Assembly (NCBI GenBank): GCA_937872085.1
Contig: CALMQK010000363.1
Coordinates: 1-53,934 of the forward strand
Reading direction: 5' to 3'
DNA from: an uncultured euryarchaeote
GTDB lineage: Archaea > Thermoplasmatota > Thermoplasmata > UBA10834
DNA: 53,934 nucleotides
Shown here: positions 44,772 through 52,320 of the stretch, piece by piece
Layout of the letters: each line of letters opens with the position of its first letter
Numbering within the stretch: position 1 is the stretch's first letter
The notes under the pieces: generated by a model
Database searches by the model: none
What the model was told of the DNA's origin: nothing
Seen by the model: the letters and a program-made list of their open reading frames with translations, nothing else
Program-made: the position numbers and the translations under genes

Positions 44772-47636
44772 TCATCTTATGCGCTCGAGCGAAAATGCTC
44801 CGATCATCAGGGCCTTGCTCGTGTGCTTGTACTCGACCCAGTCCCTCGTCTGTGCTTCGCCGATCCCTTGGATGCTGAGAAGGGTCTTCTGCTTGTCCGT
44901 CTTGAACTGGACAGACCCCGTCATGAGGTGCTGCACCGATTCGAGTTGCTGCTCGGTGTGCATACCCCTTTCTATCGCGAACAGAGAGACCGCCTTGGCC
45001 AGCTTGACCTTTGCAGCAACGGTCTGGGCGAACTGGAACGCCTCCTTCTCGTTCGACTGGGTCATGCTGAGTGAGAGCGACATGTAGGCTAAGCGGAAGT
45101 ACGGCTGCTTCTGCCTTTGGAAATCCTTGATGCATTTGTCGAGCGCGGCTGTGATTCCGCCGAAGTCTCCTGGACCTGACACCTTGATCACGCTCGGGTC
45201 GCTGCCGGCCTGCGGGTCCTGGACTCCCGATGCATCTATCCAGCGGACCATGCCAAGCTGCTGCATCTCCATGAACGTTGGGAGGATCGGCGCAATCTCC
45301 TTCGATATCTCGGCGGGCGGGTGCGATGTCGTGATCACGATCGCTGGCACGCCCTTCCTCAAACCTTCTGCGAGGAAGAGCAACATCGCCACTTCCTTTC
45401 CGATAAACGGTGGGCCGACGAATAACACTGTCGAGCCGAAGGGCATTCCGCCCATGAGAAGATCGTCCAGCCGCTCCATCCCGGTCTTGACCTTCGCCTC
45501 GGCATACTCTTCCTCGACCGCCTCCTCCTTCCCCTCGAGGTCCTCAGCTAGATGGACCCGGAGGGACTTCTCCTTCTTCTCCAGGTCCTTCTCGCGCTGA
45601 TAGAGCCGAGATTTGAGCTCCTGCTCGTGCTCCATGAGTCTCTTCTCGCGGTAATCGAGGGTCTTGGCACGTTCATCCTCCTCCGGGATCTCAGCCTCCG
45701 CCCTGACCTCCTCCACTTCGTCCACGCTCTCGAGGATGTCGCGCTCCATCGCCTTGAGCTCCGCCTGGCGCAACCCGACCTCGGCCTCCTGGGCGTGGAG
45801 ATCCTTCTCCTTCTCCAGGAGCGAGCGCAACCGGGTGTTCATGCGATCCTTCTCGACCATAAGCCCTTCGTTGAGCTCCTTGATCTTCTGCTCCCTCTTC
45901 TCGAGGGCCGCCATCTTCCTCGTGATCTCCTCTTCGCGCGTTTCGATGGTGGATAGTTTTGTACGCGTGTTGACTGCAAACTCCTGATACTGTTTCTCCT
46001 TGCTGCTAAAGGCTTCCTTCGACCTTGAGACCTCCTCAAGCTGTGAGTTCAAACCCTCGGCTGCTGCCCTCAGGTTAGCCTCCTTCTCCGTGAGCTCCTT
46101 CTCACGGGCCAGGATGGCACCCTCCTTGTCGACAAGCTCGTTCATCTGCTTGTCCGCCCTCGTTATCAGCCTTGCAGAGCGCTCCGACTTCTGGCGGATG
46201 TCGTCCTCGATCGCCTTGAGTGAGATCTCCTTCTCACTGAGTGCCTGCTGCTTAGCCAGGAGCTGCTGCTCGAGATTCTTCGCCGTGGTCTGGTCGATGC
46301 GGGCAACGCCGATCTGTTCCTTGGCCAGCTTCACCTCCAGGCCCTTCAGGTCCAGATGGGTCTCCCTCAACCCCAGTTGCTTCTCTCTTTCGGAGAGCTC
46401 AGCTTGGAGATCATCCAGTTCCTTCCTCATCGTGGTCATGGAGGCCTCGTTCGCCTCGACCTCTGCGACTCGGTTCTTGATGTCGCGGTCCTTTGACTGA
46501 GCATCAAGCAACAGCCTGTTGGCATCTCTCTCGCGGGCGGCGATGACGCCTTCCCTCACTGCGAAGCTTTTCGACACCTTGCTGAGCTCGCTGCTCTGGG
46601 CGTCGAGCTCGGCCTGCCTCATGCCGAACATGTCACGCTGATTCTCTATCTCGCTCGTCTGCTTGGCCAGCTTCTGCCTCTCGTCCTTCACCTGCAGCAG
46701 GCGCGTCTCGATCTCGGACTCGCTCGCCGTGGTCTGGCTCTTCCGCTCGTCGATGGAGGCGAGCTCTTCCTGGAGTCTCTTCTCGTAGACCTCGAGGTCC
46801 GATTCCCTGGACCTGAGCGCGTCCTCTCTGTAGATCAGTGCATGTCGCTTCTTGTCAAGCTCGATGAGCTGCTCCTTCAGCTTTCCGTCGCTGGCTCTAA
46901 GCACCTCGCGCTGTTGCACCGTGGTGGAGCTCGCGATTATGTGCAGCATGGAGCCGCTCAGTTGAATCGCTACAGCGCTGCCGAGGTAGGCCATGGGAAG
47001 TATGCTTGCAAGCACGACATATGGTCCGCCTGGGGGATCGAACTTGAAGAGCACTGGAAAGAACAACAGAACGGGGGGAAAGATCGCCGAGACGATGCTT
47101 ATCGTCCTGCGTCGGCTGGTCCCCTCCCAGGTCATCGCGAGCGAGATCAGCGTGAGGCTGATCCCCAACAGCGACGCCGAGTATAGCCAATCTGGTCGTC
47201 CGAGGGACATGTAGCCGAGCTCGTCGAGGGCTATAAGCACGATGAACAGCGAGGGCACGACGATTGCGACGATGTTCAGTATGAAGTGCGCATCTCTTCT
47301 GTCCGTGAGAAACGGCTCCCATTTTATCATGAGTGCCACTACGGCGACCACGACCCCTGCGACCAGTGGGATCATCCACTTCAGGATTGTAAGGAATTCC
47401 GGGCCGTTGCGAAGGAAATCCCAGTGTACCAGACCGTACGCGATGAGTGCGGTCAGAGCTAGTGCGAGGCCTGACGCTATGCCTATGATGTGCGCGAGCC
47501 TGCCCATCTTGAGCTGAAGGATCGCGGCCTTGCGCGATCTCTTGACCTCTGCGGACTCGACCTGCTCGACGTAGCTTTTTCGAGAAAGCGGCGGCGATGG
47601 TGCATGGTATCTCTTCGGCGGAGCCCGGGGAGCCAT
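44772..47636 (-). CDS. Membrane-anchored long coiled-coil protein with a C-terminal degenerate KaiC/RecA-like domain
   Basis: About six predicted TM helices (aa ~45-235), ~480 aa of heptad-like E/K/L/R/Q-rich sequence, then a KaiC-like domain LDDLLMGGMPFGSTVLFVGPPFIGKEV. Walker A ends in E, and the Walker B position reads AYMSLS. Confidence 0.8.
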   Translation of the reverse strand: MAPRAPPKRYHAPSPPLSRKSYVEQVESAEVKRSRKAAILQLKMGRLAHIIGIASGLALALTALIAYGLVHWDFLRNGPEFLTILKWMIPLVAGVVVAVVALMIKWEPFLTDRRDAHFILNIVAIVVPSLFIVLIALDELGYMSLGRPDWLYSASLLGISLTLISLAMTWEGTSRRRTISIVSAIFPPVLLFFPVLFKFDPPGGPYVVLASILPMAYLGSAVAIQLSGSMLHIIASSTTVQQREVLRASDGKLKEQLIELDKKRHALIYREDALRSRESDLEVYEKRLQEELASIDERKSQTTASESEIETRLLQVKDERQKLAKQTSEIENQRDMFGMRQAELDAQSSELSKVSKSFAVREGVIAARERDANRLLLDAQSKDRDIKNRVAEVEANEASMTTMRKELDDLQAELSEREKQLGLRETHLDLKGLEVKLAKEQIGVARIDQTTAKNLEQQLLAKQQALSEKEISLKAIEDDIRQKSERSARLITRADKQMNELVDKEGAILAREKELTEKEANLRAAAEGLNSQLEEVSRSKEAFSSKEKQYQEFAVNTRTKLSTIETREEEITRKMAALEKREQKIKELNEGLMVEKDRMNTRLRSLLEKEKDLHAQEAEVGLRQAELKAMERDILESVDEVEEVRAEAEIPEEDERAKTLDYREKRLMEHEQELKSRLYQREKDLEKKEKSLRVHLAEDLEGKEEAVEEEYAEAKVKTGMERLDDLLMGGMPFGSTVLFVGPPFIGKEVAMLLFLAEGLRKGVPAIVITTSHPPAEISKEIAPILPTFMEMQQLGMVRWIDASGVQDPQAGSDPSVIKVSGPGDFGGITAALDKCIKDFQRQKQPYFRLAYMSLSLSMTQSNEKEAFQFAQTVAAKVKLAKAVSLFAIERGMHTEQQLESVQHLMTGSVQFKTDKQKTLLSIQGIGEAQTRDWVEYKHTSKALMIGAFSLERIR

Positions 47637-47662
47637 TCCTCAATCCCTTCCCAATATAACCC

Positions 47663-47681
47663 GACGGTCGACTGGACCGTC
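47663..47681. promoter_or_regulatory. Perfect 7-5-7 inverted repeat in the divergent control region (candidate operator)
   Basis: gacggtc-gactg-gaccgtc, 27-45 nt upstream of the ATG at 47636. Confidence 0.3.
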
Positions 47682-47857
47682 TAGTGAAAAGCATCCTAAG
47701 TGTACTTAAACATTAACTCCCCGTTTCCATTGGGAAGTGTCACCTGGTGGCTCATCAGCTGGTGTCTGGCTTTTATCATGCCCACTATTTTCACCATACC
47801 CTCCCCCTAATCGGTTTAACTCCAGCATTGCGGATAGAGCGGCGCTGGTGACACGGC

Positions 47858-48637
47858 TTGCACATTCAAAGAACGGATGCTCTAGAAAAACCGCTCGTGC
47901 AGATACTAGACGAGCAGCTGGTCCGGGAGAGAACCCTGCGGTCTACAGTGCAGACATTGGACGACCTCACGGGCGGCCTGCGCTCGTCACAGGTCACGCT
48001 CTTCGACAGCGACAACGGATACGTTTCCAGCATCCTGCACATGCTCTGCATCCAAGCGATCTCTCAGTTCGACGAGGAGGTCGTGTGGATCGATGGAGGC
48101 AACGCGATCGACCCGTACGCCATCAGCTCGATGTGCAAGCGGCTCAGGCTGGACAAAAGGGAGATACTCTCGCGCGTGAACGTCTCGAGGGCGTTCACAG
48201 CGTACCAGCTCGTCGCGCTCATCGACGAGAAGCTCGAGGAGCAGGTGGAGAGGAGCGCTCCATCGGCCGTGATCGTGACCTCGATAACGGACATGTTCCT
48301 GGACAAGGACATGAAGTGGATGGAGTCGCACCAGCTCCTCAGGAGATGCCTCGAGGACATCTCCAGGGTGACGAAGGAGCACGAGACCATCACCGTGCTC
48401 ACGGACCGGACTCAAAATCAGCTCCGCCCGAGCCCGAAGCTCTCGACGCTGCTGTACGAGCATGCGGACCAGATAGTCCAGATGCGCACGAAGAGGGACG
48501 GGGTGCTCTTCCGATTGCCGAAGGAGGACCGCGAGATCGTGTTCTCGCCCGTGCCATGGAACCAGATGACTTTGGACGAGTTCAAAGGGGAGGATCATAT
48601 TGGGAAGGACCGTGGCCACTTACCGATTGGCACTTGA
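47858..48637 (+). CDS. RadB/Rad51-like RecA-fold protein lacking P-loop and Walker B acidic residue
   Basis: TLDDLTGGLRSSQVTLFDSDNGYVSSIL aligns with RadB LDELLGGG..G.VT.IYG..G.GKT, but the GKT is gone. AVIVTSITDMF replaces hhhhDS. TTG start, uncertain. Confidence 0.7.
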   Translation: MHIQRTDALEKPLVQILDEQLVRERTLRSTVQTLDDLTGGLRSSQVTLFDSDNGYVSSILHMLCIQAISQFDEEVVWIDGGNAIDPYAISSMCKRLRLDKREILSRVNVSRAFTAYQLVALIDEKLEEQVERSAPSAVIVTSITDMFLDKDMKWMESHQLLRRCLEDISRVTKEHETITVLTDRTQNQLRPSPKLSTLLYEHADQIVQMRTKRDGVLFRLPKEDREIVFSPVPWNQMTLDEFKGEDHIGKDRGHLPIGT

Positions 48638-48641
48638 ATCG

Positions 48642-48893
48642 ATGGCCCAGCAATGGAACGATTTCCGGAGGGCGCTCAGGAGCGGGGACAGGGAGGCTTT
48701 CGACGCTCTCATGAACCGGGCGCGGATGCACGCCTCGGCGGCGACATACGCGATCAGCCTGGACCCGACCGAGTCCGCCCTCCTGTCGATGCTGCTCGAG
48801 CACGAGAAGGAGATCCTGGCCTTGAGGAAGGAGCTGGAGAAGAAAGAGCACGGAGAGGAACAGGATGGGGGGAGGAGCGAGTCTGGACAATGA
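48642..48893 (+). CDS. Small alpha-helical hypothetical protein, translationally coupled to the downstream polymerase gene
   Basis: The ATG lies 4 nt after the upstream stop and its own stop overlaps the polB ATG (ATGA). No recognisable motif. A TTG at 48600 is an alternative start. Confidence 0.55.
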   Translation: MAQQWNDFRRALRSGDREAFDALMNRARMHASAATYAISLDPTESALLSMLLEHEKEILALRKELEKKEHGEEQDGGRSESGQ

Positions 48894-51589
48894 GAGGCTG
48901 GCTCATCGACATCTATCCCGAATACAAGACGAACTCGATCGTCTATTGGGTCAAGACTCGAAGGGGCGCACAGAGGATCGTCGATAGGACTTTCCTGCCG
49001 CAGATATTCGCCCATTCCTCTCCCGAGAAGCTGGATGAGCTGGAGAAGGCGCTCCCCATCCTCGACGCCGTTAAGTCCACCGAGCGGGTGATGAGGCGCA
49101 CATGGCTCGGCGAGAAAGAACGCGAAGTGCTCGCGATAACGATCGGCGATTACGCAAAGGTCGAGGAGGTCGCGCACACGATCGACAATCGCGGGAAGTA
49201 CAAGGATTACTCGCTGTTCAACGTCGACCTCAGGTTCAGCCAGAGGTACATCATCGAGAAGGGTCTCTTCCCAATGGGCTTGCTGGAGTTCAGGCCCAAG
49301 CCACGGATGATAGACGACCCGTTCGAGATAGACTACGAGCTTCCCCCCCTGAACACCACGGAACTGAGGGTTAGGCCCGAGGCGAAGCACGGCATACCGA
49401 CCTTCGACGACAAGTTGCTGTCCGCGAAGGTCGGAGAGCGGACGATCGACGGGGACGAGGAACGGATCCTGAAGGGTATCCAGGAGGCCGTAAGTGCCGA
49501 TGACCCAGACGTCCTCTTGACCGAGAACGGCGACGCGTTCTCCTTCCCATACCTATACCGAAGGGCACGGCAACTGGGACTGCCCCCGCTCCAGCTCGGG
49601 AGGGACTCCGATGACCAGCGCACGGACAAGAAAGGCATGTCCTACTTCACGTACGGGCAGATAAAGTACAAGCCAGCCTCGTACAAGCTCCACGGACGGA
49701 TACACATCGACCGCTCGAGCTCTTTCATGTACATGGAGAGCGGCCTGAACGGCCTCATCGATCTCTCGCGCATCTCCGGCATGCCCGTCCAGGAACTCTC
49801 GCGGCTCTCGCCAGGAACGGCCATCAACATGATGGAGATGAACCAGGCGATGAAGGATGGGTGCGTGATCATGTGGAAGAAGAACCTGCCGGAGAAGTTC
49901 AAGACCGCGGAGGAGCTCGTCATAGCCGACAGGGGCGGGTTCATCTACGAGCCCGTGATGGGCATCCACGATCACGTGCTGGAAGTGGACTTCACGTCCC
50001 TCTATCCCAACATAATGGTCAGGTTCAACATCTCACCCGAGACAGTTATGTGCTCATGCTGTCCCGAGCCCAAGAGGAAGGTGCCAGTCCTCGGTTACGG
50101 GATATGCGACAAGCACCTAGGGCTCATACCGCGCGTGCTGAAACCGGTCGTGGAGCGCAGGACGAAGTTCAAGAGATTGGTGAGGGCCGGTGTCGGGGAC
50201 ACCAAGGTCTACAAGGAGCGCGTGGACATCCTGAAATGGCTGCTCGTCACGTGCCTCGACCCCGAGACGGAGCTGCCGTTCAGGAAGCGTGGCAAGTTCG
50301 ACATATCGTCCATCGGGGACCTCGTCGACGGATATGCTGGGAGACGCTCCAACGAGATAGACATCGCGGACGGGCTCGAGGTGTTCGGCGTCGACCAGGA
50401 CTTGGATCCGGCGTTGAAGCACGTGCAGAATGTGTTCAAGTTCCCTGCGCCCAAGCACATGATCGAGCTCGACCTCGGGAAGAGCAAGCTGAGCCTCACT
50501 CCTGACCATCCATGCTATGTCACCAACGGTCACATGCTTGAGCTCCGGAGGGCGGATCGGATCGCCGCGGGGGATCATGTCCCAGCACTCCTCCCTCTCT
50601 ACAGCCGCGAGAGCAGGGCGGGGAACCATGTCGCACATCTTCGCGTGGAGTCCACGAGGAGGGTCAAGGCGAGGTCGGACCACGTCTATTGCCTTGGCGT
50701 CCGCGAGCCACTTCACGGGTTCGCCCTCGCCAGCGGGGTGCTCACACACAACTGTTTCGGATACACGGGCTACAGGAACGCCCGGTTCGGCAGGATCGAG
50801 TGCCACGAGGCCATCAACGCGTACGGCAGGGAGCTGTTCCTGCAGACCTCCGAGATAGCGGAGGCGCACGGGTTCGAGGTCCTGCACGGCATCGTCGATT
50901 CATTGTGGCTCAAGGGAAGAGGCGACCCCGAGAAGTTCTGTGAGCACGTCTCAGGGCACATCGGGATCCCTCTCGAGCCCGTGGGGATCTACAAGTGGCT
51001 CGTGTTCCTCCCGGACCGCGTGCACGGCGTCGGCGTGCTGAACAGATACTATGGGATGTTCGAGGACGGCAAGTTCAAGCTCAGGGGGATAGAGCTCAGG
51101 AGACGCGACACGACCGACATTGTGCGCGACATGCAGAACGACCTGCTCTCCCATTTCTCGAAGGCCTCGGACGCCCAACAGTTCATCGAACTGGTCCCAT
51201 CCGCTCTGGACGTCGTTGACCGATATGTCGAGACGCTAAGGTCTCAGACCGTCCCTCTGAACAAGCTCCTGGTCACGAGGAGCATCACGAAGAAGCTCGA
51301 CGAGTACAGGCAGTTCAACGACGGGGTGGCGGCCCTGATGCAACTTGACGAAGAAGGCTTCGAGGTGAACCCGGGAGAGGCGATACGATACCTCATCTGC
51401 GACTGCAGGAGCAAGGACCCGAAGAGGCGCGTGAAAATCGATTCGTTCATCACGGGTGATGAGGGATACGATGTGGATGCTTACGTCGATCTCCTTCTCC
51501 GCGGGGTCGAGGGGATGCTGCTGCCGTTCGGATACGACAAGAAGAGACTAGCGGAAATCTTCGGCGCGAGGAGCCCGCGGGGGCCTTGA
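48890..51589 (+). CDS. polB: Family B DNA polymerase homolog with inactivated exonuclease and diverged polymerase motifs, interrupted by a mini-intein
   Basis: Collinear with Pfu-type PolB. Exo II reads ENGDAFSFPYL (D to S), Exo I reads NTTE, and the Exo III region is deleted. Motif A DFTSLYPN is intact. Motif B reads KWLLVT/CFGY, motif C HGIVDS, and KxY reads LNRY. Confidence 0.85.
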   Translation: MRGWLIDIYPEYKTNSIVYWVKTRRGAQRIVDRTFLPQIFAHSSPEKLDELEKALPILDAVKSTERVMRRTWLGEKEREVLAITIGDYAKVEEVAHTIDNRGKYKDYSLFNVDLRFSQRYIIEKGLFPMGLLEFRPKPRMIDDPFEIDYELPPLNTTELRVRPEAKHGIPTFDDKLLSAKVGERTIDGDEERILKGIQEAVSADDPDVLLTENGDAFSFPYLYRRARQLGLPPLQLGRDSDDQRTDKKGMSYFTYGQIKYKPASYKLHGRIHIDRSSSFMYMESGLNGLIDLSRISGMPVQELSRLSPGTAINMMEMNQAMKDGCVIMWKKNLPEKFKTAEELVIADRGGFIYEPVMGIHDHVLEVDFTSLYPNIMVRFNISPETVMCSCCPEPKRKVPVLGYGICDKHLGLIPRVLKPVVERRTKFKRLVRAGVGDTKVYKERVDILKWLLVTCLDPETELPFRKRGKFDISSIGDLVDGYAGRRSNEIDIADGLEVFGVDQDLDPALKHVQNVFKFPAPKHMIELDLGKSKLSLTPDHPCYVTNGHMLELRRADRIAAGDHVPALLPLYSRESRAGNHVAHLRVESTRRVKARSDHVYCLGVREPLHGFALASGVLTHNCFGYTGYRNARFGRIECHEAINAYGRELFLQTSEIAEAHGFEVLHGIVDSLWLKGRGDPEKFCEHVSGHIGIPLEPVGIYKWLVFLPDRVHGVGVLNRYYGMFEDGKFKLRGIELRRRDTTDIVRDMQNDLLSHFSKASDAQQFIELVPSALDVVDRYVETLRSQTVPLNKLLVTRSITKKLDEYRQFNDGVAALMQLDEEGFEVNPGEAIRYLICDCRSKDPKRRVKIDSFITGDEGYDVDAYVDLLLRGVEGMLLPFGYDKKRLAEIFGARSPRGP
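50252..50752 (+). mobile_element. 167-aa mini-intein (no homing endonuclease domain) inside PolB motif B
   Basis: Begins CLDPETELPF (block A), has LTPDHP (block B TxxH), and ends VLTHN followed by Cys +1. Removing it restores KWLLVT-CFGYTGYRNARFG, collinear with KLLANSFYGYYGYAKARW. Confidence 0.8.
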
Positions 51590-51629
51590 TTCGGACTCCG
51601 TGTCAAGATTGTACTGACTCTTCGAATAG

Positions 51630-51637
51630 TTTATATA
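51630..51637 (+). promoter_or_regulatory. Orphan TATA box with no ORF downstream for ~330 nt
   Basis: gaatagtttatatagcat, 40 nt after the polB stop. Confidence 0.4.
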
Positions 51638-51654
51638 GCATAGAGTCGGAATTG

Positions 51655-51920
51655 TGGTGAGGCATACGAGGGGGGGGAAGAGATGCTTTCTCAATCCTAC
51701 CTAGCTTGCCTGCCTCGGCGCTCTAGCTTAACCTAGGGCCTGAGACACAAAATGAGGAGGAAGGGAACGCCTTGGGCAGGATGCCCAATAGAAGCGCTCA
51801 GTTTTGTCCTTCGGCGTAACAACCCATAGGAAGAGCGCGCAACCGGGTACTGCAAATTCGGGGGGAGATAAGGCGCAACCCCTTCCTCTGATAACACCCT
51901 CCTCGTTGAGTTCGATTGGC
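51655..51920 (+). ncRNA. Candidate structured non-coding RNA of unknown class (strand tentative)
   Basis: No credible ORF. Long-range helix gaggaaggg..cgcc (51757-51771) with ggcg..cccttcctc (51872-51888). Perfect hairpin ttgggca-gga-tgcccaa (51772-51788). The downstream gene has its own TATA. Confidence 0.25.
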
Positions 51921-51924
51921 AGAG

Positions 51925-51931
51925 TTTTAAT
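51925..51931 (+). promoter_or_regulatory. TATA-like box for the small membrane protein gene
   Basis: ttttaat 36-42 nt upstream of the ATG at 51967. Confidence 0.35.
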
Positions 51932-51966
51932 GTGCTGGACGGATACCTCGTCCAGAAGGTAATGCC

Positions 51967-52320
51967 ATGGACGACCAGTTGACTATCGCGATCCGGCTGT
52001 TGGTCGCCGCGTGCGCGCTGATACCATTCGTCGTGTTCTTGGTGTCGTATCTGCGCACGCGCATGACCAGGCTGCTCTTCGCGGCGCTTGGGTTCGGAGT
52101 GTACGTGGTGAAGGAGGTCCTGCTCGCTGGCGGGGTCTTCACCATCGTGGTCAATGCGAAGAATCCGCACGCGCCTACAGTGACCCACTCCCAGCTCGCA
52201 TTGCTCGAAGCCGGGCTCGATCTGGCCATCATAGTGTTGTTCGTGGTGGCTCTCCTTTGGAAGCAGGGTGCATCAGAAGATGGAAAAGCCGGAGCTGGAG
52301 ACAAGAAAGGCAGTGTATGA
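51967..52320 (+). CDS. Small three-TM membrane protein
   Basis: Three hydrophobic helices and a charged C-terminal tail. Overlaps the downstream regulator gene. Confidence 0.6.
   Translation: MDDQLTIAIRLLVAACALIPFVVFLVSYLRTRMTRLLFAALGFGVYVVKEVLLAGGVFTIVVNAKNPHAPTVTHSQLALLEAGLDLAIIVLFVVALLWKQGASEDGKAGAGDKKGSV

Noticed and set aside
48890-51589. PolB as part of a casposon, provirus or plasmid-derived element.
   Set aside because: No Cas1, integrase, terminal protein signature or terminal inverted repeats were seen around it. The polymerase aligns with RNA-primed cellular PolB, not protein-primed PolB, and the flanking genes are cellular-type.
51650-51925. RNase P RNA, SRP RNA, TPP riboswitch or tRNA in the polB-downstream spacer.
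   Set aside because: The GAGGAAG and ACCCGGUU strings superficially resemble RNase P CR-I/CR-V, but they are ~30 nt apart on the minus strand and the GAGGAAGGG is fully paired in the best fold. There is no SRP helix-8 GGAA...AGCA motif. CUGAGA is present, but the rest of the TPP core is absent. There is no cloverleaf. It is kept only as an unclassified ncRNA candidate.
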